DNA from: the human T2T-CHM13v2.0 reference genome, Homo sapiens | DNA: 64,000 nt | Assembly (NCBI GenBank): GCA_009914755.4 | Contig: CP068257.2 | Location: forward strand, 2,496,001-2,560,000 | Reading direction: 5' to 3' | Shown here: in pieces, positions 13,601 to 28,600 of the stretch | Layout: each line of letters opens with the position of its first letter | Position numbering within the stretch: position 1 is the stretch's first letter | Translations under genes and position numbers: made by a program | The notes under the pieces: model-generated | Seen by the model: only the letters and a program-made list of their open reading frames with translations | Database searches by the model: none | Told to the model about the DNA's origin: nothing

Positions 13601-16600
13601 AGCAGAAATGTTCCAAAACCCTATGTGAGGAACAAACATTTAGATCATAGCAGGAGTGTTATGGAATCCTATGTGAGGGACAAACATTCAGAACCTCATA
13701 GCAGTGTGCTCGAATCCTCCGTGAGGAACAAACATTTAGACCCACATAGCAGTGTTCTGGAATCGTACGTGAGGTACATACACTCAGAACCCAACAGCAG
13801 TGTTCTGGATTCCTAAGTGAGGGACAAACATTTAGGCCACAGCAGTATTGTTCTGGAATCCTATGTGAGGGACAATCATTCAGACTACAGCAGGAGTGTT
13901 CTGAAATCCTATGTGAGGAACAAACATTTCGACAACAGCGGGAATGTTCTGGAATCCTATGTGTGGGACAAACATTCAGACCCTCGTCCCAGTGTTCTGG
14001 AATCCTATATGTGGGAGAAACATTCAGACACATGTAACAGTGTTCTGGAATCATACATGAGGGACCAACACTCAGAGCACGATAGCATTGTTCTGGAATC
14101 CTAAGTGAGGGACAAGCATTCAGACCACAGGAGGAGTGTTCTGGAAACCTATGGGAGGGACAAACATTCAGACAACAGCAGGAGTGTTCTGGAATCAGAT
14201 GTTAGGAACAAACATTTGGACCACAGCAGGTTTGTTCTCTAATCGTATGGGAGGGACCATCAGTCGACAGAGCGAGTGTTCTGAAATCCTATGTGAGGAA
14301 GAAACATTTAGACCAAAGCAGGAGGGTTATGGAATCCCATGTGTGGGACAAACATTCAGACCCTCATAGCAGTGTTCTGGAATATTTTGTGAGGGACAAA
14401 CCTTTAGACACACGTAGCAGTGTTCTGGAATCATACGTGAGGGACGAACACTCAGAACCCAACAGTGTTCTGGAATCCTAAGTGAGGGACAAACATTCAG
14501 TACACAGCAGGAATGTTCTGGAATCCTATGTGAGGGACAAACATTCAGAAGACAGCAGGAGTGTTCTGAAATCTTATGTGAGGAACAAACAGACCACAGC
14601 AGGAGTGTTCTGGAATCCCATGTGAGGGAGCAACATTCAGACCTTCGTAGCAGTGTTCTGGAATCCTATGTGAGGGACAAACATTCAGCACCCAACAGCA
14701 GTGTTCTGGAATCCTAAGTGAGGGACAAATATTCAGACCAAAACAGGAGTGTTCTGGAATCCTATGTGCAGGACACACATTCGTACTCCATAGCAGTGTT
14801 CTAGAATCCTATCTGAGGGACAAAGATTTATACCCACGCAGCAGTGTGATATGAGCACAGCAGGAATGATATGGAATCCTATGTGAGGGACAAACATTCA
14901 CACCACATCAGGAGCGTTCTGGAATCCTATGTGAGGGACAAATATTCAGATGACAGCAGGAGCGTTCTGAAATCCTAAGTGAGGAACAAGCATTTACACC
15001 ACAGCAGGAGTGTTCTGAAATCCTATGTAAGGAACAAACATTTAGACCACTGCAGGAGAATTCTGGAATCCTATATGCCGGACAAACATTCAGACGACAG
15101 CAGAATGGTTCTGAAATCCTATGTAAGGAGCAAACATTTAGGCCACAGGAGGAGTGATATGGAATCCTATGTTAGGGACAAACATTCAGACCCTGGTAGC
15201 AGTGTTCTTGATTCCTATGTGAGTAACACACTTTTAGACCCAAGTGGCAATGTTCTGGAATCGTACGTGAGGGACAAACAATCAGGACCCAACTGCAGTG
15301 TTCTGGAATTCTGAGTGAGGGACAAACAGTCAGTGCACAGCAGGGGTGTTCTGCAATCCTCTGTGAAGGACAGACATTCAGACGACAGTAGGAATGTTCT
15401 GAAATCCTATGTGAGGTACAAACATTTATACCACAGCAGGAGTGTTCTGGAATTTTATGTGTGGGACAAACATTCAGACCCTCATAGCAGTGTTTTGGAA
15501 TCCTATACGAGGGAGAATCATTTAGACCCACGTAGCTGTGTACTTGAATCTTACGTGAGGGACACACAGTCAGAACCCAACAGCAATGTCTCTGGAATCC
15601 TACGTGAGGTACAAACATTCAGATGACAGCAGGAGTATTCTGAAATCATAAGTGAGGAACAAACATTTCGACCACAGCAGGAGTGTTCAGGAATCCTATG
15701 TGAGAGACAAACACTCAGACAACAGCAGGAGTGTTCTGGAATCCTACGTGAGGTTCAGTCATTCATGCCCTCGTAGCAGTGTTCTGAAATCTTATCTGAG
15801 GGAGAAACACTCAGAACCCAGTAGCAGTGCTCTGGAATCGAATGTCAGGAACAGTCATTCAGACCACAGCTGGGGTGTCCTGGAATCCTACGCGTGGGAC
15901 AAACATTCAGACACTTGTAGCATTGTTCTGGAATCCTATGTGAGGGACAAACATTCAGAACACAGCAGGAGTGTTGTTGAGTCCTACGTGCGGGACAAAC
16001 ATGCAGACTCTCGTAGCATGGTTCTCGAATCCTATGTGAGGGACAAATATTTAGACCCACCTAGCAGTTTTCTTGAATCGTACGTGAGGGACAAACACTC
16101 AGAACCCAAAAACAGTTTTCTGGAACCCTAAAGGAGGGAGAAACATTCAATCCACAGCAGGAGTATAGTGGTATCCTATGTGAGGGACAAACATTCAGAC
16201 GACAGCAGGAATGTTCTGAAATCCTTAGTGAGGAACAAACATTTAGACCACAGCAGGAGTGTTCTGGAATCCTATGTGAGGGATAAACATTCAGACATTA
16301 ACAAGAGTGTTCTGCAATCCTATGTGACGTACATTCAGACCCTCGTAGCAGTGTTCTGGAATCCTATGTGAGGGAGAAACATTCAGAACCCAGCAGCAGT
16401 GTTCTGGAATCTTATGTGAGGGACAATCATTCAGACCACAGGTGGGGTGTTCTGGATTCCTACGTGTGGGGCAAACGTCCAGACCCTCGGAGAATTGTTC
16501 TGGAATCCTATGTGAGGGACATTTAGAACAAAGCAGGAGTGTTGTGGAGTCCTATGTGAGGAAAAACTTTTAGACCCTCGTAGCAATATTCTGGAATCCT

Positions 16601-19600
16601 ATGTGAGGGACAAACATTCAGACCCTCCTAGCAGTTTTCTGGAATCCTAGGTGAGGTACAATCATTCAGAACCTCGTAGCAGTGTTCTGGAATCCAATGT
16701 GAGGGAGAAACACTCAGAACCCACCAGCAGTGTTCTGGAATCCTATGAGAGAGACAATCTTTCAGACCAATACTGGGGTGCTCTGAAATCCTAAGTGTGG
16801 GATAAACATTCAGACACTCGTAGCATTCTTGTGGAATCTTATGTGAGGGACAAACATTCAGATGACAGCAGGAGTGTTCTAAAATTTTAGGTTAGGAACA
16901 AACATTTAGACCACAGCAGGAGTGTTCAGCAATCCTATGTGAGGGACAAACACTCAGACAATTGCAGGAGTGTTCTGGAATCCTATGTGAGGTTCAGTCA
17001 TTGATACCCTCATATCAGTGTTCTGGAATCCTATCTAAGTGAGAAACACTCAGAACCCAGAGGCGGTGTTTGGGAATCGCATGTCAGGGACAGTCATTCA
17101 GACCACAGCTGGGGTGTTCTGGACCCTACGTGTGGGACAAACATTCAGACCATCGTAGCATTGTTCTGAAATCCTATGTGAGGGACAAACATTCAGAACA
17201 CAGCAGGAGTGTTCTGAAGTCCTATGTGCGGGGTAAAAGTTCAGACCCTCGTAGCTGTGTCTGGAATCCTATGTGAGGGACAAACATTTAGACCCACGTG
17301 GCAGTGTTCTTGAATCGTACCTGAGGGACAAACACTCAGAACCCAACAGCAGTGTTCTGGAATCCTAAGCGAGGGACAAAAATTCAGACCACAGCAGGAG
17401 TGTTCTGGAGTCCTATGTGAGGGACTAACATTCTGAAGACAGCAGGAGTGTTCTGTAATCCTACGTGAGGAACAAGCATTTAGAACACAGCTGGAGTGTT
17501 CTGGAATCCTATGTGAGGGACATAAATTCAGACGACAGCAGGATTATTCTGAAACTCTGTGTGAGGAACAAACATTTAGACCACTGCAGGAGTGTTCTGG
17601 AATCCTATGTGTGGGACAAACATTCAGACCCTCGCAGCAGTATTCTGGAATCCTTTGTGAGGGACAAACATTCAGAACACAGCAGGAGTGTTCTGGAGTC
17701 CTATGTGTGGTACAAATATTTCGTCCCTCGTAGCAGCGTCTGGAATCATATGTGAAGGACAAACATTCAGACCCACGTGGCTGTGTTCTGGAATCGTACA
17801 AGAAGGACAAAGACTCAGAACACAACAGCAGTGTTCTGGAATCCTAAGTGAGGAACAAACTTTCAGACCACAGCAGGAGTGTTTTGGAATCCCATGTGAG
17901 GGACAAACCTTCTGAAGACAGCAGGGGTGTTCTGAAATCCTACCTGAGAAACAAACATTTAGATCACAGCTGGAGTGCTCTGGAATTCTATGTGAGGGAC
18001 AAACATTCAGACGACAGCAAGATTGTTCCGAAATCCTTTGTGAGGAACAAACATTTAGAACACAGCAGGAGTGTTCTGGAATCCTATGTGCAAGACAAAC
18101 ATTCACAACTTCGTAGCAGTGTTCTGGAATCCTATCTGAGGGAAGAACATTCAGACCCACGTAACAGTGTTCTGGAATCCTACGTGAGGGACAAACACTC
18201 AAAACAGCAGTGTTCTGGAATCCTAAGAGAGGGACATACATTCAGTCCACAGCAGTAGTGTTGTGGAATCCTATGTGAGGGACAAAAATTCAGACGACAG
18301 CAGCAGTGATCTCAAATAATATGTGAGGAACAAACTTTTAGACCACAGCAGGAGTGATCTGAAACCCATGTGAGGAACAAACATTTAGACCACAGCAGGA
18401 GTGTTGTGGAATCCTATGTGGGGGACAAACATTCAGATCCTCGTAGCAGTATTCTGGAATCCTATGTGAGGCACAAACCTTTAGACCCATGTAGCAGTGT
18501 TCTGGAATCGTACATGTGGGACAAACACTGAGAACCCAAGAGCAGTGTTCTGGAATCCTAAGTGAGGGACAAACATTCACTCCACAACAAGGGTGCTCTG
18601 GAATCCTAAGTGAGTCACAAACATTCAGACGACAGTAGGAGTCCTCTGAAATCCAATGTGAGGAACAAACATTTATACCACAGCAGAAGTGTGCTGGAAT
18701 GTTATGTGCGGGACAAATATTCAGAAACTCAAAGCAGTGTTCTCGAATCCTATGTGAGGGAGAATCATTTCGACCCATGTATCTGTGTTCTGGAATCCTA
18801 CATGAGGGAAAAACACTCAGAACCCAACAGGAGGATTGTTCTGGAATCCTATGTGAAGTACAAATATTCAGATGACAGCAGGAGTGTTCTGAAATCCTAT
18901 GCGAGGAACAAACATTTAGACCACAGCAGTTGTGTTTGGGAATACTATATGAGGGACAAACCCTCACACAATAGCACGAGTGTTCTGGAATCCTATGTGA
19001 GGTTCAGTCATTCATACTCTCGTAGCAGTGTTCTGGAATCTTATGTGAGGGAGAAACACGCAGAACCCTGCAGCAATGTTCTGGAATCGTATGTCAGGGA
19101 CAGTCATTCACACCACAGCTAAGGTGTTCTGGAATCCAACATGTGGGACAAACATTCAGACCCTCGTAGCATTGTTCTAGAATCCTATGTGAGGGAGAAA
19201 CATTCAGAAAACAGCAGAAGTGTTCTGGAGTCCTATGTGCGGGACAAACTTTCAGACCCTCGTAGCAGGGTTCTGGAATCCTATGTGAGGGCCAAATATT
19301 AGACCCACATGGCAGTGTTCTGGATTCGTACGTGAGGGACATATACTCAGAACCAACAGCAGTGTCCTGGAATCCTAAGTGGGGGACAAACATTCAGACC
19401 ACAGCAGGATTGTTCTGAAATCCTATGTGAGGAACAAACATTGAGACCACAGCAGGAGTGTTCTGGAATCCTATATGAGGGACAAACCTTCAGAAGACAG
19501 CAGGATTGTTCTGAAATCCTATGTGAGGAGCAAACATTTAGACTACAAAAGGAGTGTTCCAGAATCCTATGTGAGGGACAAATATTTAGACCCTCGTAGC

Positions 19601-22600
19601 AGTGTTCCGGAATCCTATGTGAGGGACAAATATTTAGACCCTCGTAGCAGTATTCTGGAATCCTATGTGATGGACAAACATTTAGACCCACGTAGCAGTG
19701 TTCTGGAATCATAAGTGAGGGACAAACCTTCAGACCACAGCATGAGTGTTGTGGAATCCTATGTGAGGGACAAATATTCAGACGACAGCAGAAGTGTCCT
19801 GAAGTCCTATACGAGGAACAAACCTTTGTACCACAGCCGGAGGGTTCTGGAATCCTAAGTGAAGGACAAACATTCGGAGGACAGCAGGCATGTTCTGAAA
19901 TCCTATGTGAGGAGCAAACATTTAGAACACAACAGGACTGTTCTGGAATTCTATGTGCAGGACAAACATTCAGACCCTGATAACAGTGATATGGATTCCT
20001 ATGTGAGGCATAAACTTTTAGACCCAGGTGGAAGTTTTCTGGAACGTGAGGGGCAAACACTCAGAACCCAACAGCAGTGTTCTGGAATCGTATGTGAGGG
20101 ACTAATATTCAGTCCACAGCGGGAATGTTCTAAAATCCTATGTGACGAACACACATTCAGACCACAGCAGGAGTGTTCTGGAATCCTATGTGAGAGACAA
20201 ACATTCAGATCCTGGTAGCAGTGAAATGGATCCCTATGTGAAGTACAAACTTTTAGACCGACGTGAGAGTGTTCTGTAATCTTACGTGAGGGACAAACAC
20301 TCAGAATCCAAAAGCAGTGTTCTGGAATCCTATGTGAGGGACAATCATTCAGACCACAGCTGGGGTGTTCTAGAATCCTACTTGTGGGACAAACATTCAG
20401 ACCCTGGCAACATTGTTCTGGAATCCTATGTGAGGGATAAACATTTAGAAAACAGCAGGAGTGTTCTGGAGTCCTATGCGTGGGACAAACATTCAGACTC
20501 TTGTAGCGGTGTTCTGGAATCCTATGTGAGGGACAAACATTGAGACCCTCTTACAAGTGTTCTGGAATCCTATGTGAGGTACAATTATTCAGAACCTCGT
20601 AGCAGTGTTCTGGAATCCAATGTGAGGGAGAAACACTCAGAACCCACCAGCAGTGTTCTGGAATCCTATGTGAGGAACAATCATTCAGACCAATGCTGGG
20701 GTGTTCTGAAATCCTAAGTGTGGGACAAACATTCAGACCCTCGTAGCATTGTTCTGGAATCCTATGTGAGGGACAAACATTCAGATGACAGCAGGAGTGT
20801 TCTGAAATAGTATGTGAGGAACAAACATTTAGACCACAGCAGGAGTGTTCAGGAATCCTACATGAGGGACAAACACTCAGACAATAGCAGGAGTGTTCTG
20901 GAATCCTATGTGAGGTTTAGAAATTCATACCCTCATAGCAGTGTTCTGGAATCTTATCTGAGGGAGAAACACTCAGAACCCAGCAGCAGTGTTCTGGAAA
21001 CGTATGTCAGGGACAGTCATTCAGACCACAGCTGGGGTGTTCTGGAATCCTACGTGTGGGACAAATATTCAGACCCTCGTAGCAATGTTCTGGCATCCTA
21101 TGTGAGGGAAAAGCCTTCAGACCCACGTAACAGTGTTCTGGAATCGTAAGTGAGGGAGAAACACTCAGAACCCAACAGCAGTCTTCTGGAATCTTAAGTG
21201 AGGGACATACATTCAGTCCACAGCAGAAGTGCTGTGGAATCCTATGTGAGGGACAAACATTCAGACGACCACAGGAGTGATCTGCAATAATATGTGAGGA
21301 ACAAACATTTAGACCAGAGCACGAATGTTCTGGAATCCTAAGTGAGGGACACATATTCAGCCAACAGCAGAAGTGTTCTGGAATCTTATGTGACGGACAC
21401 ACATTCAGACCACAGCAGGAGTGTTCTGCAATCCTTTGTGAGGGACAAACATTTAGACCCACATAGCAGTGTTCTGGATTCGTACGTGTGGGACAAACAC
21501 TCACATCCCAACAGTAGTGTTATGGAATCCTAAGTGAGAGACGAACATTCAGACCAAAGCAGGAGTCTTCTGGAATCCTATGTGAGGTACAATCATTCAG
21601 ACATTCATAGCAGAGTTCTGGAATCCTATCTGAGGGAGAAACATTCAGACCAGAGCAGGAGTTTTCTGGAATCCTATGTGAGGGACAATCATTCATAACA
21701 CAGCTGGGGTGTTCTGTAATCCTACGTGTTGGACAAACATTCAGACCCTCGTAGCATTGTTCTGGAATCCTACGTGAGGGACAAATATTCAGACCAGAGT
21801 AGGAGTGTTCTGGAATCCTATGTGAGGGACAATCATTCCGACCATACCTGGGGAGTTCTGGAATACTACGTGAGGTACAATCATTCAGACACTTGTAGCA
21901 GTGTTCTGGAATCCTATGTGAGGGAGAAAAACACAGAACCCAGCAGAAATATTCTGAGATCCTATGTGAGGGAGAAACATTCGGACCTCACCAGGAGTGT
22001 TCTGGAATCATATATAACAGAGAATAATTCAGAAACTCGTAGCAGGGTTCTGGAATCATATGTGATGGACAAACATTGAGAACCTCTTAGCAGTGTTCTG
22101 GAATCCTATGTGAGGGAGAAACACACAGAACCCAGCAGAAATGTTCTGGAATCCTATGTGAGGGAGAAACATTCAGACCTCAGCAGGAGAGTTCTGGAAT
22201 CCTATGTAACAGAGAATAATTCAGAAACTCGTAGCAGTGTTCTGGAATCCTATATGAGGGATAAACATTTAGACCCACGTAGCAGTGTTCTAGAATCTTA
22301 AGTGAGGACAAACACTCAGAACTCAGCAGCAGTGTTCTGGAATACTATCTAAGGGAGAAACATTCAGACCAGAGTAGGAGTGTTCTGGAATCTTACGTGA
22401 GGTACAATCATTCAGACCTTTGTACCAGTGTTCTGGAATGCTATGTGAGGGAGAAACACTCAGAAACAAGTAGCAGTGTTCTGGAATCCTAAGTGAGGGA
22501 CAAACATTCAGACCACAGCAGGAGTGTTCTGGAATCCTATGTGATGGAGAATAATTTAGAACCTCGTAGCAGTGTTCTGGAAACCTATGTGATGGACAAA

Positions 22601-25600
22601 CTTTCAGACCCTCACAGCAGTGTTCTGGAATCCTATGTGAGGGACAAACCTTTAGACACATGTAGCAGTGCTCTGGAATCCTATATGAGGGTCAAACACT
22701 CAGAACACATCAGCAGTGTTCTGGAATCCTATCTGTGGAATCCTATGTGAGGGACTAACACGCAGACTCTCGTATCAGTGTTCCAGAATCTTATGTGAGG
22801 GACAAACATTCAGACCCCCGTAGTATGGTTCTGAAATCCTAAGTGAGGGACAAACATTCAGACCATAGCAGCAGTGTTCTGGTATCCTACATGAAGAATA
22901 AACATTTAGACCCACTTAGCAGTGTTCTGGAATTGTATGTTAGGGACAAACACTCAGAACCCAGCAGCAGTGTTCTGCAATCCTATCTGAGGGAGAAACT
23001 TTCGGACCAGAGCAGGAGTGTTCGGGGATCCTCTGTGAGGTACAATCATTCAGATTTTTGTAGCAGTGTTCTGGAATCCTATGTGAGGGAGAAACACTCA
23101 GAAATCAGCAGCAGTGTTCTGGAATCCTTTGTGAGGGACAAACATTCAGACAACAGCAGCAGTGTTCTGTAATACTATGTGAGGGAAAAACATTTAGACC
23201 CACGTACTAGTGTTCTGCAATTGTACGTGAGGGACAAACCCTCAGAACCCAACCGTAGTGTTCTGGAATTCTAAGTGAGGAACAAACATTCAGACCACAG
23301 CAGGAGTGTTCTGGAATCCTATGTGATGGAGAATAATTCAGAACCTCGTAGCAGTATTCTGGAATCCTATGTGATGGACAACATTCAGACCCTCGTAGCA
23401 GTTTTCTGGAATCCTGTATGAGGGACAAACATTTAGACCCACGTAGCTGTGTTCTGGAATCATAAGTGAGGGTCAAACACTCAGAACCCAGCAGCACTGT
23501 CCTGGAATTCTATCTGTGGGAGAACCATTCAGACAAGAGCAGGAATATTCTGGAATGCTATGTGAGGGACAGTCATTCAGACACAGCTGGGGTGCTCTGG
23601 AATCCTACGTGTGGGACAAACATTCAGAACCTTGTAACATTGTTCTGGAATCCAAAGTGAGGGACAAACATTCAGACCACAGCAGGAGTGTTCTTTTATC
23701 CTACGTGAGGGACAGAGATTAATACCCTCTTAGCAGTGTTCTGTAATCCTATATGAGGTACAAACTTTCAGACAACAACAGCAGTATTCTGGAATCCTAC
23801 GTGAGGAACAAACATTCAGACCACAGGAGGAGTGTTCTGGAATCCTATGTGAGGGGCATTCAGACCACAGCAGTAGTTTTCTGGAATCCTATGTGGGGGA
23901 CTAACATTCGGACCATCGTAGCAGTGTTCTATAATCTTATGTGAGGGACAAACATTCAGACCCTCGTAGCAGTGTACTGGAATCGTTCGTGAGAGACAAA
24001 AACTCATAACCCAACAGCAGTGTTCTGGGATCCTAAGTAAGGGACAAATATTCAGACCATAGCAAGAGTGTTCTGGAATCCTACGTGATGGAGAATAATT
24101 CAGAACCTCGTAGGAGTGTTCTCGTATCCTATGTAATGGGCAAAGTTTCAGACCCTCGTACCCGTGTTCTGGAATCCTAAGTAATGGACAAACATTTAGA
24201 CCCACGTAGCAGTGTTCTGGAATCGTCGGTGAGGGACCAACTCTCAGAACCCATCAGCAGTGTTCTGGAATCCTATCTGAAGGAGAAACATTCAGACTAC
24301 AGCAGGAGTGTTCTGGAATCCTATGTGAGCTACAATCATTCAGACATTCGTAGCAATGTTGTGGAATCCTATGTGAGGGAGAAACATTCAGACCACAGCA
24401 GGAGTTTTCTGGAATCCTATGAGAGGGACAATCATTCAGTCCACAGCTGAGGTGTTCTGGAATCCTACGTGTTGGACAAACATTCAGATCACAGCCGGAG
24501 TGTTCTGGAATACTATGTGAGGGACATTCAGACCACAGCAGGAGTCTTCTGGAATCCTATGTGAGGGACAACTTTCAGACCACAGCAGCAGTGTTCTGGA
24601 ATCCTTTCTGAGGGACAAACTTTCAGACCCTCTTAGCAGTGTTCTGGAATCCTATAAGAAGGACAAATCTTTAGACCTACGTAGCAGTGTTCTGGAATCG
24701 TACGTGAGGGACAAACACTCAGAAACCAGCAGCAATTTTCTGGAATCCGCTCTGAGGTAGAAACATTCAGACCAGAGCAGAAGTGTTCTGGAATCATATG
24801 TGAGTGCAAACACTCAGAAATCAGCAGCAGTGTTCTGGAATCCGCTCTGAGGTAGAAACATTCAGACCAGAGCAGAAGTGTTCTGGAATCATATGTGAGT
24901 GCAAACACTCAGAAATCAGCAGCAGTGTTCTGGAATCCTATGTGAGAGTCAATCATTCAGACAAAATCTGGTATGATTTGGAATCCTACGTGTGGGACAA
25001 ACATTCAGACCCTCCTAGCATTGTTCTGGAATCCTCAGTGAGGGACAAACTTTCAGACGACAGCAGGAGTGTTCTGGAATCCTATGTGAAGGACCAAGAT
25101 ACAGACCATCGTAGCAGTGTTCTGGAATCCTATCTGAGGGAGAAACATTCAGACCACAGCCGGATTGTTCTGTAATCCTATGTGAGGTAAAATCATTTAG
25201 ACCCACGTAGCATTTCTCTGGAATCCTAAGTGAAGAAGACACATTCAGACCACAGGAGGAGTGTTCTGGAATCCTATGTGAGGGACAAACTTTCAGAACA
25301 CAGCAGCACTGCTCTGGAATCCCATGTGAGGGACAAACATTCAGAACCTCGTAGCAGTGTTCTGGAATATTATGTGAGGGACAAACATTCAGACTCTCGT
25401 AGCAGAGTTATGGAATCCTATGTGAAGGAGAAACATTCAGAAAAGAGAAGGAGTGTTCTGGAATCCTATCTGAGGGAGAAACATTCAGAACCTTGTAGCA
25501 GTGTTCTGGAATCCTATGTGAGGGTGAAACAGAACCCAGTAGCAGTGTTCTGGAATCTTATTTGGGGGACAATCATTCGGACCACAGATGGCGTGTTCTA

Positions 25601-28600
25601 TAATCCCATGTGTAGCACAAGCATTCAGACCCTCGTAGCACTGTTTTGGAGTCCAAAATGAGGTACATATATTCAGACAACAGCAGGAGAGTTCTGGAAT
25701 CCTATGTGAGGGACAAAAATTTAGACCACAGCAGCAGTGTTTTGAAATCTTATGTGAGGGACCAAAATTGAGACACATGAAGCCGTGTTCTGGAATCTTA
25801 TGTGAAGGACAGATATTCAGAACCCCGTAGCAGTGGTCTGGAATCCTTTGTGAGGGAGAAACACTCAGAACCCAGATGCAGTGTTCTGGAATCCTATATG
25901 AGGGACAGTCATTCAGACCACAGCTAGTGTGTTCTGGAATCCTGAGTGTGGGAGAAACATTCAGACCCTCGTAACACTGTTCAGAATCTTATGTGAGGGA
26001 AAAGCTTTCAGACCACAGCAGCAGTGTTCTGGAATCCTCTGTGAGGGACAAACATTCAGACCACAGCAGCAGAGTTCTGGAATCCTAAGACAGGGACAAA
26101 TATTCAGACCACAGCAGGAGAGTTCTGAAATCCTATGTGACAGACAAACATTTATACCCAAGTAGCAGTGTTGGAATCGTTCGTGAGGGACAAACACTAA
26201 GAAACCAACAGCAGTGGTCTATAATCATAAGTGAGGGACAAACATTCAGACGACAGCAGGAGTGTTCTGGAATCCTACGTGATGGAAAATAGTTCAGAAC
26301 CTCGTAGCAGTGTTCTCGAATCCTATGTAATGGACAAACTTTCAGACCCTCGTAGCAGTGTTCTGGAATCCTAAGTAATGGACAAACGTAGACCCACGTA
26401 GCAGTGTTCTAGAATCGTACTTGAGGAACAAACACTCAGAACCCAGCAGCAGTGTTCTGGAATCCTATCTGAGGGAGAAACATTCAGAACAGAGCAGGAG
26501 TGTTCTGGAATCCTATGTGAGGAAGAATCATTCAGACATTCGTAGCAGTGTTCTGGAATCCTATGTGAGGGAGAAACATTCAGACCAGAGCAGGAGTGTT
26601 CTGGAATCCTATGTAAGGAACAATCATTCAGAACACTGCTGGGTTTTTCTGGAATCCTACATGTGGGACAAACATTCAGACAACAGCAGGAGTGTTCTGG
26701 GATCCTATGTGAGGGACAAACATTCAGACCACAACAGCAATGTTCTGGAATCCTGGGTGAGGAACAAACATTCAGAATCCTGTAGCAGTGTTCTGGAATC
26801 TTATGTGAGGGACAAACATTCAGACCACAGCAGGAGGGTTCTGGAATCCTATGTGAAGGACAAACATTTAGACACACGTTGTAGTGTTGTGGAATCATAT
26901 GTGAGGGACAAACACTCAGAACCCAAAAGCAGTGTTCTGGAATCTTATGTGGTGGACAAATATTTAGACTCACGTAGCAGTGTTCTGGAATCGTACATGA
27001 GGGGCAAACTCTCAGAACACAGCAGCAGTGTTCTCAAATCCTATCTGAGGGAGAAACATTCAGACCAGAGCACGAGTGTTCTGGAGTGCTACGTGTGGTA
27101 CAATCATTTAGACTCTCGTAGCAGTGTTCTGGAATCCTATGTGAGGGAGAAAATTCCAGACCCCAGCAACATTGTTCTGGAATCCTATGTGAGAGAGAAA
27201 CATTCAGACCACAGCAGGAATATTCTGGAATCCTATGTGAGGGACAAACATTTAGACACATGTAGCAGTGTTCTGGAATCATAAGTGAGGGACAAACATT
27301 CAGACCAAAGCAGGAGTCTTCAGGAATCCTTTGTGAGGGACAAAATTCAGAACACAGCAGCAGTGTTCTGGAATCATATCTGAGGGACAAATTTTCAGAA
27401 CGTCGTAGCAGTGTTCTGGAATCCTATAAGTGAGACAAACATTTAGACCCACGTAGCAGTGTTCTGGAATCTTACGTGGGGGACAAACATTCAGACAACA
27501 GCAGCAGTGTTCTGGAATCCTAAATGAGGGACAAACATTTAGACCAAAGCAGCAGTGCTCTGGAATCCTACAGGAGGGTCAAACATTAAGACAAGAGCAG
27601 GAGTGTTCTAGAATCCTATGTGAGGGACAATCATTCAGGCCACACTTGGGGTGTTCTTGAATCCTGCGTGTTGGACAAATATTCAGACCCTCGTAGCATC
27701 GCTCTGGAATCTTAATTGTGCGACAAACGTTCAAACAACAGTAGTAGTGTTCTGGAATCCTAAGTGAGGGACAAACATTCAGACCACAGCAGGAATGTTC
27801 TGGAATATTACGTGACGGACAAATATTCAGACCACAGCTGGATTTTTCTGGAATCCTATGTGATTCCATTAGACCCACGTAGAAGTGTTCTGGAATCATA
27901 CGTGAGGGACAAACACTCAGAACCCAAGAGCAGTGTGCTTCAATTCTAAATGATGGACAAATATTCAGAAGACCGGAGGAGTGTTCTGGAATCCTATGTG
28001 ACGAAGAATAATTCAGAACCTCGTAGCAGTGTTCTCTAATCCTATGTGATGGACAATTTTCAGACGCTCTTAGCAATATTATAGAATCCTATGTGATGGA
28101 CAAACATTTAGACCCACTTAGCAGTGTTCTGGAATCGAACGTAAGGGACAAACACTCAGAACCCAGCAGCAGTGTTCTGGAATCCTAACTGAGGGATAAA
28201 CATGTAGACCATAGCAGGAGTCTTCTGGAATCCTATGTGAGGAACAATCGTTCAGACCACAGCTGGGGTGTTCTGGAATCCTATGTGAGGGACAAACATT
28301 CAGACCTTCATAGCATTATTCTGGAATCCTAGGTGAGGGACAAACATTGAGACCACAGCAGGAGTGTTCTGGAATCCTAAATGAGGGACAAACATTCAGA
28401 CCCTCGTAGCAGTGTTGTGGAATCATGTGAGGGACAAACATTCAGACCCTCATAACAGTGTTCTGGAATCCTAAGTGAGGGACAATCACTCATAACCCAG
28501 CAGCAGCGTTCTGGAATCCTATGTGAGGGACAAACACTCAGACTTTCGCAGGAGTGTTGTGGAATCATTTGTGAGGGACAAACATTCAGAACACAGCAGC